NCBI RefSeq assembly: GCF_963921235.1
Contig: NC_086097.1
Location: 46,192,001 to 46,256,000, forward strand
Direction of reading: 5' to 3'
DNA: 64,000 nt
Source: Mobula hypostoma
Lineage: Eukaryota
Part shown: piece by piece, positions 1 to 64,000 of the stretch
Layout: each line of letters begins with the position of its first letter
How positions within the stretch are numbered: the first letter of the stretch is position 1
Program-made: the position numbers and the translations under genes
Notes under the pieces: generated by a model
Told to the model about the DNA's origin: nothing
The model's database searches: none
What the model saw: the letters and a program-made list of their open reading frames with translations, nothing else

Positions 1-373
1 CATGTACACCCATGATAGTGTAGCCAAGTTTCCATCAAACTCAATATATAAGTTTGCTGATGACACAATTGTAGGCCGTATCTCGGGTAATGATGAGTTT
101 GAGTACAGAGAGGAAATTAAGAACCTGGTGGCATGGTGCGAAGACAATAACCTATCTCTCAACTACCTTACTTTTTGCACTACCTTACTTCCCATTTATC
201 TATTTTCTATTTATGATTTATAATTTAGATTTTTAATATTTACTAATTTAACTATTTTTAATATCTTTAATATTTAATATTTGTAATCCACGGAGTGTGA
301 AGCGCAGAATCAAATATCACTGTGATGATTGTACATTCTAGTACCAATTGTTTGGTGACAATAAAGTATAAAG
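1..373 (+). mobile_element. Rex/Babar-type LINE RT fragment plus 3' end
   Basis: YTHDSVAK...IYKFADDT RT motif, then AT-rich 3' UTR ending aataaagtataaagta. Confidence 0.75.
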
Positions 374-379
374 TACCCA

Positions 380-1000
380 GGTCTCAGCTGAAGCACTTTC
401 AGGAAGAAAACTGTGCCCAGTGTTGGACACAATGTTGACAGTGTCCAATATCCAAGACAGCAGATAGTCAGGTGCACAAAGGCAGGCACACAGATCTTGG
501 TCGACAGGTGAAATTATTCAAGCCCAGAAGTGCAGTGTGGGCCAGACAAAATCACAATGATCCCTTTGTAACAGATTGCCAAACGGATGGGGAAGTGATC
601 TATGAAGTAACCGTGGATGGTCATCACTGGCGATGTCACATCAAGCAGTTGCGGACATGTGCTCCCGAAGGCACAAGTTTGTTGGGCAGATCATCAAACA
701 CAAAGCTGAACCTTCATTTCCTCCTGGAAGGGTTTTATTTACCCTGACTGAACCAACCACCAGTGCCAGCACAGCCGCAAGCAACATCATGACAAGGAAG
801 TGACAGCTTTTTTCAAATCATGCAGGCAATTAAAGTGAACAACATTCCGAACCAAAACGGAGTCCTCGGATCTAAACCCAGAGCAGCCCAGAGTAGGCCC
901 AAAGCCCGGCTTATCAGTTCATATTAGCAGGCATGGAGCACAGCTGATGCAGCAGTCTTTATAGCCTCAGCGCCATGGAGAGAGGAGTGACCACTGTGAA
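380..1000 (+). mobile_element. Degenerate Gypsy-like integrase C-terminal remnant
   Basis: ORF 472..747 (VWARQN...IYEVTVDGHHWRCHIKQLR) resembles the Gypsy integrase tail; purine run ggagagaggag followed by tg near 977-990. Confidence 0.45.
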
Positions 1001-1029
1001 GAACTTGCAGAATCAGCTCTTGCTCCAGA

Positions 1030-4000
1030 TCCTGATACCCTGTCTCTTGTATACCTCTATCAAATCTTTCCTCATTCTTCTATGCTTTCGGGAATAAAGT
1101 CCTAACGTATTAACCTTTCCCTTTAACTCAGGTTAAGTCCTGGTGATATCCTTGCAAATTGTCTCTGCATTCTTTCAATTTTATTGATATATTTCCTGTA
1201 GGTACACAATACTCCAAAATAGGCCTCACCAATGTCTTATACAACTTTAACATCCCAACTCCTGTACTCAGTACCTTGATTTATGAAGACTAATATGCCA
1301 AAAGCTTTCTTTACGACCGTAACTAACTGTGACTCCACTTTCAATTAATTATGAGCCTGTATTCCCAGATCCCTTCGTTCCACTGCACGCCTCAGTGCCC
1401 TACTGCTCACTGTGCAAGACCTATCATGGTTGGTCCTTCCAAATGCAACATCTCACACTTATCTGCATTAAATTCCATCTGTGATTTTTCAGCCCATTTT
1501 TCCTGCGGGTCCAGATCCCGCTGCAAGTTTGCTGTCCACTACACCATCAACCTTGGTGTCATCCATAAATTTGCTGATCGGGTTCAGCACATTATCATCC
1601 ACATTGTTGATATGTTGTGGATGACAAACAAAAGACCCAGCACTGATCCCTGCAGCGTACCACTAGTCATAGGCCTCCAGTTACAGAGGCAACCAATTAC
1701 AATACTCTCTGGCTTCTCTTGCAAAGCCAATGCCTAATCTAATTTACGACCTCATCTTGAATGCCAAGTGACTGAACTTTCTTGACCAATGTCCCATGCG
1801 GGGTCTTGTCAAAAGCATTGCTAAAGTCCATGTAGACAACATCCACTGCCTTGCCTTCAACTTTCCTGGAAACTTCACTGAAAAACTCAGTATGATTGAT
1901 TAGATACTACCTACCAGGCACAAAAGACACAATCTCTAATCAGTCCCTGTCTATCCAAATTTTTATATAGCTGGTCTTTAAGAATACCTTTGAATAACTT
2001 ACCCACTCCTGATGTCAGGCTCATTGGCTTATAATTTCCTGATTTATTCTTAGAGCTTTTCTTAAACAATGGAACATCAGCTATCCCCTATCCTCACGCA
2101 CTCACCCATAGGTAAGAACATTGGACATTTTAAATATCTTTGCAAGGGCCCCTGCAATTTCAGCACAAGCCTCCCACAGGTCCATGGGAACACCTTGTAA
2201 GGCTCTGGGGATTTATCCACCCTAATTTGCCTCAGGACAACAAACACCTCCTGTAATCTGTACAGGGTCTATGAAGTTGACACTACTTTGCCTCACTTTT
2301 ATTGACTCTGTGTCTCTCCCAGGTAAATATTGATGCAAAAAAAAATCTATTGAAGATCTCCCCCACCTCTTTCAGCTCCATGTATAGATGACCACTCTGA
2401 TCTTCAAGAGGACCTATTTTGCCTCTTGCTATCCTTTTGCTCTTAAAATATCTGTTAAAACCCGTGAGATTCTACTTCAGTTTGTCTGCTAGAGTAACCT
2501 CTTAGCTCTCCTGATTTCCTTTTTTAAGGCTTCTCTTTCATTTAGTATACTCCTCACTCATTTGCTCCTTCTTGCTATATCTGCCATGCAACTCCTTCTT
2601 AACCAAACTCTGTACTCTCAAAATTTCACATTTGAAGTCCTCCCACCTACCAAGTATACCTTTGTCAGAAAACAACCTGTTCCAATCTACACTCGCCAAA
2701 TCCTTTCTGATACCATCAAAATTTCCCTTGCTTCAATTTTGAATCTCAACCCAAGGACCATACCGATCTTTCTTCATAATTATCTTGAAACTAATGGCAT
2801 TATGATCACTAGATGCAAAGTGTTCCCCTACACAAACTTCTGTTGCCTGACCTGTCTCATTCTCTAACAGATCTAGTATCGTACTCTCTCCAGTTGGGAC
2901 TTCTATGTACTGAATAAGGAAACTTTCCTGAATACATTTAACAAACTCTTTCCCATCCAGCCCTTTTACAATATGGGAGTTCCAGTCAATATATGGCAAG
3001 TTACAATTACTAACTCTCGCAACCTTATCTTTCTTGCAATAGTCTATGCTCTCTCTACAGACTTGCCCCTCTAAATCCTGTGGACTGTTGGGTGGCCTAC
3101 AACATAATCCCATTAATGTGGTCATCCCTTTCTTATTCCTCAGTTCCACCCATACAGCCTCAGCAACTCTCCAGTCTGTCCTCTCTGACACGGCCATAAC
3201 ATTTTCCCTGACTAGCAATGCCACTCCACCTCCTTTAATCCTTCCTGCTCTATCATGTCTAAAACAATGGAAACCTGGAGCATTGAGCTGCCAGTCCTCT
3301 TCCTCCTGCAATTGAGTCCCACAAATGACTATAATGTCACAATTCCACCTGCTGATCCATGCCCTGAGCTCATCTGTCTTCCCTACAATACAGTTTGCAC
3401 TGAATTATACACAACTCAGAACATTCGTCCCCCATTGCTCAACCTTCCAAATCCTGACCTTGTATGTAGGCTTAATAACGTCTTTCCCCTCAACCAATTC
3501 ACCATCTGCTCTGGCGCTCTGGTTCGTATTCTAGTGTAACTGCCCACCGTGCTGCACCAGCAAACCTTCCCACAATGACATTAGCTCTCATCTAGTTCAG
3601 GTGCAAACTGTCTCTTCTGTACAGCTCCCACCTTCCCTGGAAGAGAGCCCCATGATCCAAAAATCGGAAGCCCTCCCACCTGCACCATCTCTTTAGTCAT
3701 GTACTAAACTGTATGATCTTCCTATTTCTGGCCTCGTGAGCACGTGGCATGAGTAGCAATCTTGAGATCACAACTCTGGAGGTCCTGTCCTCTAACTTAG
3801 CACCTAACTCTCCGAACTCACTTTCCAGGACCTTGTCACTCTTCCTCCCCATGTCATTGGTACCAGTATGGTCCATGATTTCTGACCATTCACCCTCCTA
3901 CTTAAAACTGCTGGACTCTATCCAAAATGAGCCTGACTCTGGCACCCAGGAGGCAACATACCATCTGGGAATCTCGTTCTTGTTCACATCTCCTGTCTGT

Positions 4001-4495
4001 TCTCTCAATCAATAAATTCCCATCACTAGAGCTTGCCTCTTCTCCCCATTTCCTTTCTGAGCCACAGATCTGACTGAGGTGACTTTCTTCTGCTATGTAA
4101 TCACCCATGCCAACAGTATCAAAGTATGGTCTATCTTGAGGGAAATGGCCACAGGGCTACCCTGCACTATCCCTTTTCCCCCTCGTGATGGTCACCCAGT
4201 TACCTGTGTCCTGCACCATAGATGTAACTACTTCCCTGTATGTCCTGTCCATCAACCCCTCAGCCTTCTAAATGATTTGGAGTTCATCCAGTTCCAGTTC
4301 CAATTCCATAACATATTCTGCAAGAAACTACACTGGATACACTTCTTCCAGGTGTAGCTAGCAGGGACGTTGGCGGTCTCCCTGCCTTCCTTCATACAGC
4401 ACGAGGAACATTCCACTATCCTGCCTGGCACCCCACTGCACTTAACTGTGCAATAAGAAAAATTAAATGAAAATAAAATCTACCTACAGTCTCTT
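1030..4495 (-). mobile_element. Old near-full-length CR1 LINE (degenerate ORF1 and ORF2); its 5' UTR probably continues at about 6238-6480
   Basis: ORF1 Cys-rich start (IVECSSC, about 4330-4430) and esterase-like RDSQMVCCLLGARV; APE endonuclease in ORF 2733..3311 (GGGVALLV, SDHN); RT remnants at about 1200-2250. Confidence 0.85.
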
Positions 4496-6237
4496 AAACA
4501 TAGAAACATAGAAAATAGGTGCAGGAGTAGGCCATTCGGCCCTTCGAGCCTGCACCGCCATTTATTATGATCATGGCTGATCATCCAACTCAGAACCCAG
4601 CCTTCCCTCCATACCCCCTGACCCCTGTAGCCACAAGGGCCATATCTAACTTCCTTTTAAACATAGCTAATGAACTGGCCTCAACAGTTTGCTGTGGCAG
4701 AGAATTCCACAGATTCACCACTCTCTGTGTGAAGAAGTTTTTCCTAACCTCGGTCCTAAAAGGCTTCCCCTCTATCCTCAAACTGTGACCCCTCGTTCTA
4801 GACCTCCCCAACATCGGGAACAATCTTCCCGCATCTAGCCTGTCCAATCCCTTTAGGATCTTATACGTTTCAATCAGATCCCCCCTCAATCTTCTAAATT
4901 CCAACGAGTACAAGCCCAGTTCATCCAGCCTTTCTTCATATGAAAGACCTGCCATCCCAGGAATCAATCTGGTGAACCTTCTTTGTACTCCCTCTATGGC
5001 AAAGATGTCTTTCCTCAGATTAGGGGACCAAAACTGCACACAATACTCCAGGTGTGGTCTCACCAAGGCCCTGTACAACTGCAGTAGTACCTCCCTGCTC
5101 CTGTACTCGAATCCTCTCGCTATAAGTGCCAGCATACCATTCGCCTTTTTCACCGCCTGCTGTACCTGCATGCCCACTTTCAATGACTGATGTATAATGA
5201 CACCCAGGTCTCGTTGCACCTCCCCTTTTCCTAATCGGCTACCATTCAGATAATAATCTGTTTTCCTATTTTTGCCACCAAAGTGGATAACTTCACATTT
5301 ATCCACATTAAATTGCATCTGCCATGAGTTTGCCCACTCACCCAACCTATCCAAGTCACCCTGCATCCTCTTAGCATCCTCCTCACTGCTAACACTGCCA
5401 CCCAGCTTCGTGTCATCCGCAAACTTGGAGATGCTGCATTTAATTCCCTCATCCAAGTCATTAATATATATTGTAAACAACTGGGGTCCCAGCACTGAGC
5501 CTTGCGGTACCCCACTAGTCACCGCCTGCCATTCTGAGAAAGTCCCGTTTATTCCCACTCTTTGCTTCCTGTCTGCTAACCAATTCTCCACCCACACCAA
5601 TACCTTACCCCCAATACCGTGCGCTTTAAGTTTGCACACTAATCTCCTGTGTGGGACCTTGTCAAAAGCCTTTTGAAAATCCAAATATACCACATCCACT
5701 GGTTCTCCCCTATCCACTCTACTAGTTACATCCTCAAAAAATTCTATGAGATTCGTCAGACATGATTTTCCTTTCACAAATCCATGCTGACTTTGTCCGA
5801 TCATTTCACCGCTTTCCAAATGTGCTGTTATCACATCCTTGATAACTGACTCCAGCAGTTTCCCCACCACCGACGTTAGGCTAACCGGCCTATAATTCCC
5901 CGGTTTCTCTCTCCCTCCTTTTTTAAAAAGTGGGGGTACATTAGCCACCCTCCAATCCTCAGGAACTAGTCCAGAATCTAACGAGTTTTGAAAAATTATC
6001 ACTAATGCATCCACTATTTCTTGGGCTACTTCCTTAAGCACTCTGGGATGCAGACCATCTGGCCCTGGGGATTTATCTGCCTTCAATCCCTTCAATTTAC
6101 CTAACACCACTTCCCTACTAACATGTATTTCACTCAGTTCCTCCATCTCACTGGACCCTCTGTCCCTTACTATTTCTGGAAGATTATTTATGTCCTCCTT
6201 AGTGAAGACAGAACCAAAGTAATTATTCAATTGGTCT
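4496..6237 (-). mobile_element. Young 5'-truncated CR1 LINE with uninterrupted RT ORF (4590..6230, 546 aa)
   Basis: KSPGPDG, YRPVSLTS, YLDFQKAFD, GVPQGSVLGP, KFADD motifs; short tandem 3' tail at 4496-4512. Confidence 0.95.
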
Positions 6238-6676
6238 TCTCCTCGCCAAAGCCTTTATGAGCTAAAGCCTGAAACCCTGAACTACTAACACTGGCCCATT
6301 TACATAATGGCCACTCCGCTTAACTTCTTTTTATTGGACCTTGCCAAGTGCCTAATTATGCACACTCTCCTTGGGAACTGCAGTGCGCAGAACATCCTTT
6401 TGAAATCTCTCTCCCATTATGCAATCCAATGCCTCCTTGGGAACTGTGGCGCGCAGAATTCATTTCGCCTGAATATCAGTAACCAATTTAAACAATGAGG
6501 ATTTTAACTGTCAGGCCACACAAGTCATATTATCATCCCAAGTATGAAGAAATGATTTACGTGCTGCTTAGTGATGTCAAACTCAAGAGAATATTGCTGT
6601 GGATCTAAATTTTATAATGTTTAGGATTCATGAAGAAATAGCCACAAGTATTGGATTTTTTTTTCCTTTTAAGAGC

Positions 6677-7531
6677 TGTTACGAGAATACACATAAAATT
6701 AAGATGTTTGCTGGCCTGGGCTAGCATCAGTGGCATCAGCAGTTGGTCTGCCACCTGCCCTCAGGGGAAGGAGAGATAAGGAACAATGGAGCAGCGTCTG
6801 GAGATGTGTAATGAAGGGATGTGGGAGAGAGAGAGCTGTCTGAAGCGGCTCCCCCCTTTGAACCCTGAACTGTTTGAAGTGATGGACAGGCGATGCCCCA
6901 GCAGGGGGATAAAAAGGGACAGGTTCGCTAAGACAGACACACGCCACCCGAGGTAACGAGACCCTGGAAGCGGTGCGCCTCTCACGAGTGGGTGAGAAGT
7001 ACCAGACAACGACCAGGGTGGAAAGGTACGATCAGCGGGAACCCGGTGTGTGTCCGCCCTTGCCTGGGTGCCGGGTTCACTGCAGAGGATCGACCGCATC
7101 TGGAGGAGGGGTCACAGTCGGTGACCTCAGGTGACATCACCAAGGACCCGCCCAAAAGTTGCTTGTGAGCCATCTTGCCGGTCTGTGAGTGAAGCTGTGC
7201 TGAATGATCAGTTGTTCCTGTTCTCTCTGTCTCTCTTCCCCCACGTTGTCCATCGCCATGACAACAATTACTGTGAACTGAACTGGACTGAACTTTGAGT
7301 CATTTTGAAATTTGGTCATTTACCCCTAGACAACGATAGAGCTTGAGTGATGCTGTTATCTTAATTCTGTGCACATGTGTGTTTATCATCACTGAACTGT
7401 TGCATTTATTATCCTTTCGATTACTGTGTTGCTTGTTTCTTTAATAAAACTTTCTTAGTTCTAGTACTCCAGACTCCAACTGAGTGATCCATTTCTGCTG
7501 GTTTGGCAACCCAGTTACGGGGTACGTAACA
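6677..7531 (+). repeat. 5' LTR (855 bp)
   Basis: TG...CA ends with 7-bp inverted termini; TATA-like gataaaaa near 6908; AATAAA at 7443-7448. Confidence 0.95.
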
Positions 7532-7535
7532 TAAG

Positions 7536-7554
7536 TGGGGTTCTCGTCCGCGAT
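7536..7554 (+). promoter_or_regulatory. Primer-binding site, tRNA-Pro-like
   Basis: tggggttctcgtccgcgat, 4 nt after the LTR, versus the canonical Pro PBS TGGGGGCTCGTCCGGGAT. Confidence 0.75.
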
Positions 7555-7630
7555 TTTGAACGCTAAATTTGGGACCGAGTAAATTGATTGGGTTAAAATT
7601 CCCGAAAGAAAGAAAAGACAAACAGCAGAA

Positions 7631-9328
7631 ATGGAGGCTGAGGAATTTATAAAGGCGCCGACCTTGGAGGCATTAGACGATGCCAGGAAATCAGAATTGA
7701 TAGCTGTGGCCAAACGGTTGAATCTTGCTAAGGTGAAGTCGACAATGAGGAGAGAGGAGATACACAGAGCTATTGTAGAGCACTATGTATCTAAAGGTGT
7801 GTTTCCCCAAGGTGAGCTGGGGATGGTGTCTATTGAAAAACCTGCTGGAGACGCGGTACAAGTACAGCTTGAAAAACTGAGACTCGAGCACGAGTTCCGG
7901 GTACGACAGTTGAAAGAGAAGAGAAAGAGAGAGAGAGACAGTTAGAGAGAGAAGAGAAAGAGAGGCAATGGGAGCGAGAAGAGAGAGGGAAACAGAGGGA
8001 AAGGGAATTTGAGCTGGAGAAGTTGAAGATAAGGGCCGAGCAGGGGCTCGTGCCGAACCAAGGTGGAGGGTTCCGGGCGACCCAGGAGGTTAGGCTGGTT
8101 CCCCCATTTGATGATACCGACGTGGATCAGTACTTTCTCCACTTCGAAAAAGTGGCTATAAGTCAGGACTGGCCGAGGGATAAGTGGATTGTTTTACTTC
8201 AGAGTGTACTGAAAGGGAAGGCCCAAGAAGCTTACTCAGCTTTGTCCGCGGAAGATGCCCAGAGGTATGAGGTGGTGAAAGAGGCCATCCGCAGGATTTA
8301 TGAGTTGGTCCCGGAGGCATACCGGCAGAGGTTCCGGAATGCGAGGAAGCAGTGGGACCGCACCGTATTTGGAGTTTGCCCGTGAGATGCAAACATATTG
8401 TGAGCGTTGGTGCGCCTCGAAGGGGGTAGAGGGGGATTATGACAGACTGCTGCAACTGATCCTGATTGAGCAGTTTAAAGGTTGTGTCCCTGAGGGTATG
8501 AGACCCTACCTCGATGAGAAAGAGGCAGCCACGTTAGCCGCAACTGCTAAATTAGCGGATGAGTATGCTTTGACGCATAAAATGAAGTTTGCCCCGAGTA
8601 AAGGCAACCTGAAGGGTAGTCAGGACGGCGGGGAGAGTCCGCCGGAAAAGTCAGAAAGTAAGCCGGGGACTAGTGAAAAGGATAAGGTAGACCGGGAGCA
8701 GTCTGGTAGGAAGTCTCCTGGGGTCGTCTGTTATAATTGTGGGAAAGCCGGACACTTTGCGTCCAGGTGCTTTGCCCCAAGGAAGGAGACGGGGAAAGGA
8801 AAAGCGGAAATTTTGAATGGCTGTATCGAGCTGTTAAGCGAACCGCTAGGGAAGGACAGGTCTGAAAAAGTCCAGGAAGGGCGCGAGAGGTTTATCTCGG
8901 CCGGATTGGTGTCAGTGAAGGAGAGGTTAAAACCAGTTCCAGTGCGGATCTGGAGAGACACGGGAGCGTGTCAGTCACTAATACTGAAGAGTGTATTAGA
9001 GTTTAGCTCAGAGACCCAGACTGGGGAGGTAGAGGTCAAAGGTGTTGGGGAAGGGACAGAGTCAGTCCCTTTGCACCAGATACACTTACAGAGCAACCTG
9101 GTCTCTGGACTGGTCACAATCGGGGTGAGGTCCGAATTACCGATGAAAGACGTGGAAGTCTTGCTCGGTAATGACATCGCCGGAGGAATCGTGTTCCCAG
9201 TCGTGAGATTGACGGGTCAGCCTGCCAGCATTGAGGCCCCGCCCATGGACTCGCGGGTTCATCACGGGCCCGCGATGGTGAATTTGGCTGAAACATTTCT
9301 GCCAAGCTTGTATGAGACAGGGGTGTAG
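7631..9328 (+). pseudogene. gag-protease frame (SCAN-like capsid, CCHC knuckle, aspartic protease) broken by two 1-nt frameshifts
   Basis: ORFs 7631, 8023 and 8300 join; PEAYRQRFR...LILIEQF SCAN-like segment; CYNCGKAGHFASRC; RDTGA...LLGND. Confidence 0.88.
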
Positions 9329-9638
9329 TGAGATAAGAGGTAGTGAGGGAGCTGGGACGACCCTTGTTGTTGTGGTCCGGGACAAAACCAAATGAGAGGT
9401 TACATTGGTCGCAATTCATCAGTGTTTTTGGCCACTAAGAAGTTTGCTGAGTTGGAGCCTGGTCTAAGGGATTATTAATAACACGTGTAAAAGGAACAGA
9501 AAATGTGATGACTGTCTGTCAAGGTGTTGACAGCTTCAAACTCGCTGTGTTAGCCAAATAGCTGATAAAGATGTATATTGTGTATGTATCAAATAATGTA
9601 GTCATGTTCGTAATTTTTACCTCCCGGTAAAAATTCTT

Positions 9639-9650
9639 AAAGGGGGAAAG
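9639..9650 (+). promoter_or_regulatory. Polypurine tract
   Basis: aaagggggaaag directly abutting the 3' LTR. Confidence 0.85.
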
Positions 9651-10500
9651 TGTTACGAGAATACACATAAAATTAAGATGTCTGCTGGCCTGGGCTAGCA
9701 TCAGTGGCATCAGCAGTTGGTCTGCCACCTGCCCTCAGGGGAAGGAGAGATAAGGAACAATGGAGCAGCGTCTGGAGATGTGTAATGAAGGGACGTGGGA
9801 GAGAAAGAGCTGTCTGGAGCGGCTCCCCCCTTTGAACCCTGAACTGTTTGAAGTGATGGACAGGCGATGCCCCAGCAGGGGGATAAAAAGGGACAGGTTC
9901 GCTAAGACAGACACACGCCACCCGGGGTAACGAGACCCTGGAAGCGGTGCGCCTCTCACGAGTGGGTGAAAAGTACCAGACAACGACCAGGGTGGAAAGG
10001 TACGATCAGTGGGAACCCGGTGTGTGTCCGCCCTTGCCTGGGTGCCGGGTTCACTGCAGAGGATCGACCGCATCTGGAGGAGGGGTCACAGTCGGTGACC
10101 TCAGGTGACATCACCAAGGACCCGCCCAAAAGTTGCTTGTGAGCCATCTTGCCGGTCTGTGAGTGAAGCTGTGCTGAATGATCAGTTGTTCCTGTTCTCT
10201 CTGTCTCTCTTCCCCCACGTTGTCCATCGCCATGACAACGATTACTGCGAACTGAACTGGACTGAACTTTGAGTCATTTTGAAATTTGGTCATTTACCCC
10301 TAGACAACGATAGAGCTTGATTGATGCTGTTCTCTTAATTCTGTGCACATGTGTGTTTATCATCGCTGAACTGTTGCATTTATTATCCTTTCGATTACTG
10401 TGTTGCTTGTTTCTTTAATAAAACTTTCTTAGTTCTAGTACTCCAGACTTCAACTGAGTGATCCATTTCTGCTGGTTTGGCAACCCAGTTATACGTAACA
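9651..10500 (+). repeat. 3' LTR (850 bp)
   Basis: About 13 substitutions plus one 5-bp deletion relative to the 5' LTR (manual count). Confidence 0.95.
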
Positions 10501-10612
10501 GAGCACATAAATAAATCAAAGGAAATAAACACTGATATCCTCTAGTCTGAAAGAGAAAGTATCAATAATCCACACTGACAAATTATTACTCTTCTTAGCT
10601 ATGAAAACTTAC

Positions 10613-63640
<53,028 letters not shown>

Positions 63641-64000
63641 CTATAATGTTAAAAAGGCCATCATTTTAAAACTGTTTACAAATCAATCTTAATAAAAGTC
63701 CAATTGCATCTTTACTTTTTCATTATCTTATTCTGAAAAAAATACTAGGCAACTCCTGCACATTGCTCCAAAAACATTAAAACATTTCCAATTAATTTAC
63801 AGAGCAGTACAGTACTTGTCCTACTTGGCCCTTTCACAGAATACAGTTGTCCCCATCCCCTGGTTCTTTCTCTATTTCCAGATCATTCTTCCCCATTTCA
63901 AGTACTTATCCAATTCTTTTTCAAAAGCTATTAATAAACCCAAATCCAAAGTAATTGGGCAGCTATTCCAAATCTTAAACATTCAGTAGCATCAAAGCTT

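Larger units (their letters stand above)
6677..10500 (+). mobile_element. Non-autonomous Gmr1-like Ty3/Gypsy LTR retrotransposon (3.8 kb)
   Basis: Two about 850-bp direct LTRs with TGTTACG...CGTAACA ends, GAGC TSD (6673-6676 / 10501-10504), PBS, PPT and gag-protease ORFs. Confidence 0.95.

Noticed and set aside
4590..6230. Long RT ORF as a domesticated gene or a retron/DGR-like system
   Set aside because: It has typical CR1 ORF2 motifs, is 5'-truncated (TTG start, no endonuclease) and ends in a CR1 tail.
6699..7319. Minus-strand ORFs duplicated at 9673-10293, which look like a tandem gene pair
   Set aside because: They are shadow ORFs in the two LTR copies, with no recognisable protein motifs.
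1..10612. Next CDC42BPB exon (continuation of the PH domain)
   Set aside because: Not found by eye. The region is almost all retroelement, so the exon probably lies beyond the window; this is not evidence of gene truncation.

Overview
Eukaryotic, AT-rich vertebrate genomic DNA; the repeat spectrum (CR1, Rex/Babar, Penelope-like, Gypsy) suggests a cartilaginous fish, which is an inference. The window lies inside one minus-strand gene, CDC42BPB (MRCK-beta). I assembled 25 GT-AG exons by hand from 63640 down to 10613 (3245 nt, phases consistent, no stops), covering the kinase domain, coiled-coil, C1 domain and start of the PH domain. The gene's ends lie outside the window. The introns are full of retroelements. 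The most interesting items are: (1) a young non-autonomous Gmr1-type LTR element that keeps a SCAN-like Gag and protease but only scraps of pol; (2) two LTRs joined in inverted orientation into a 1.3-kb fold-back; (3) short Penelope-derived hairpin insertions with 13-14 bp TSDs, one carrying an intact minimal hammerhead ribozyme on the pre-mRNA strand; (4) a 51-nt frame-preserving candidate cassette exon. I found no prokaryotic-type system and no clearly novel host gene. Most ORFs in the track are retroelement fragments or shadows. Boundaries of degenerate repeats are approximate.
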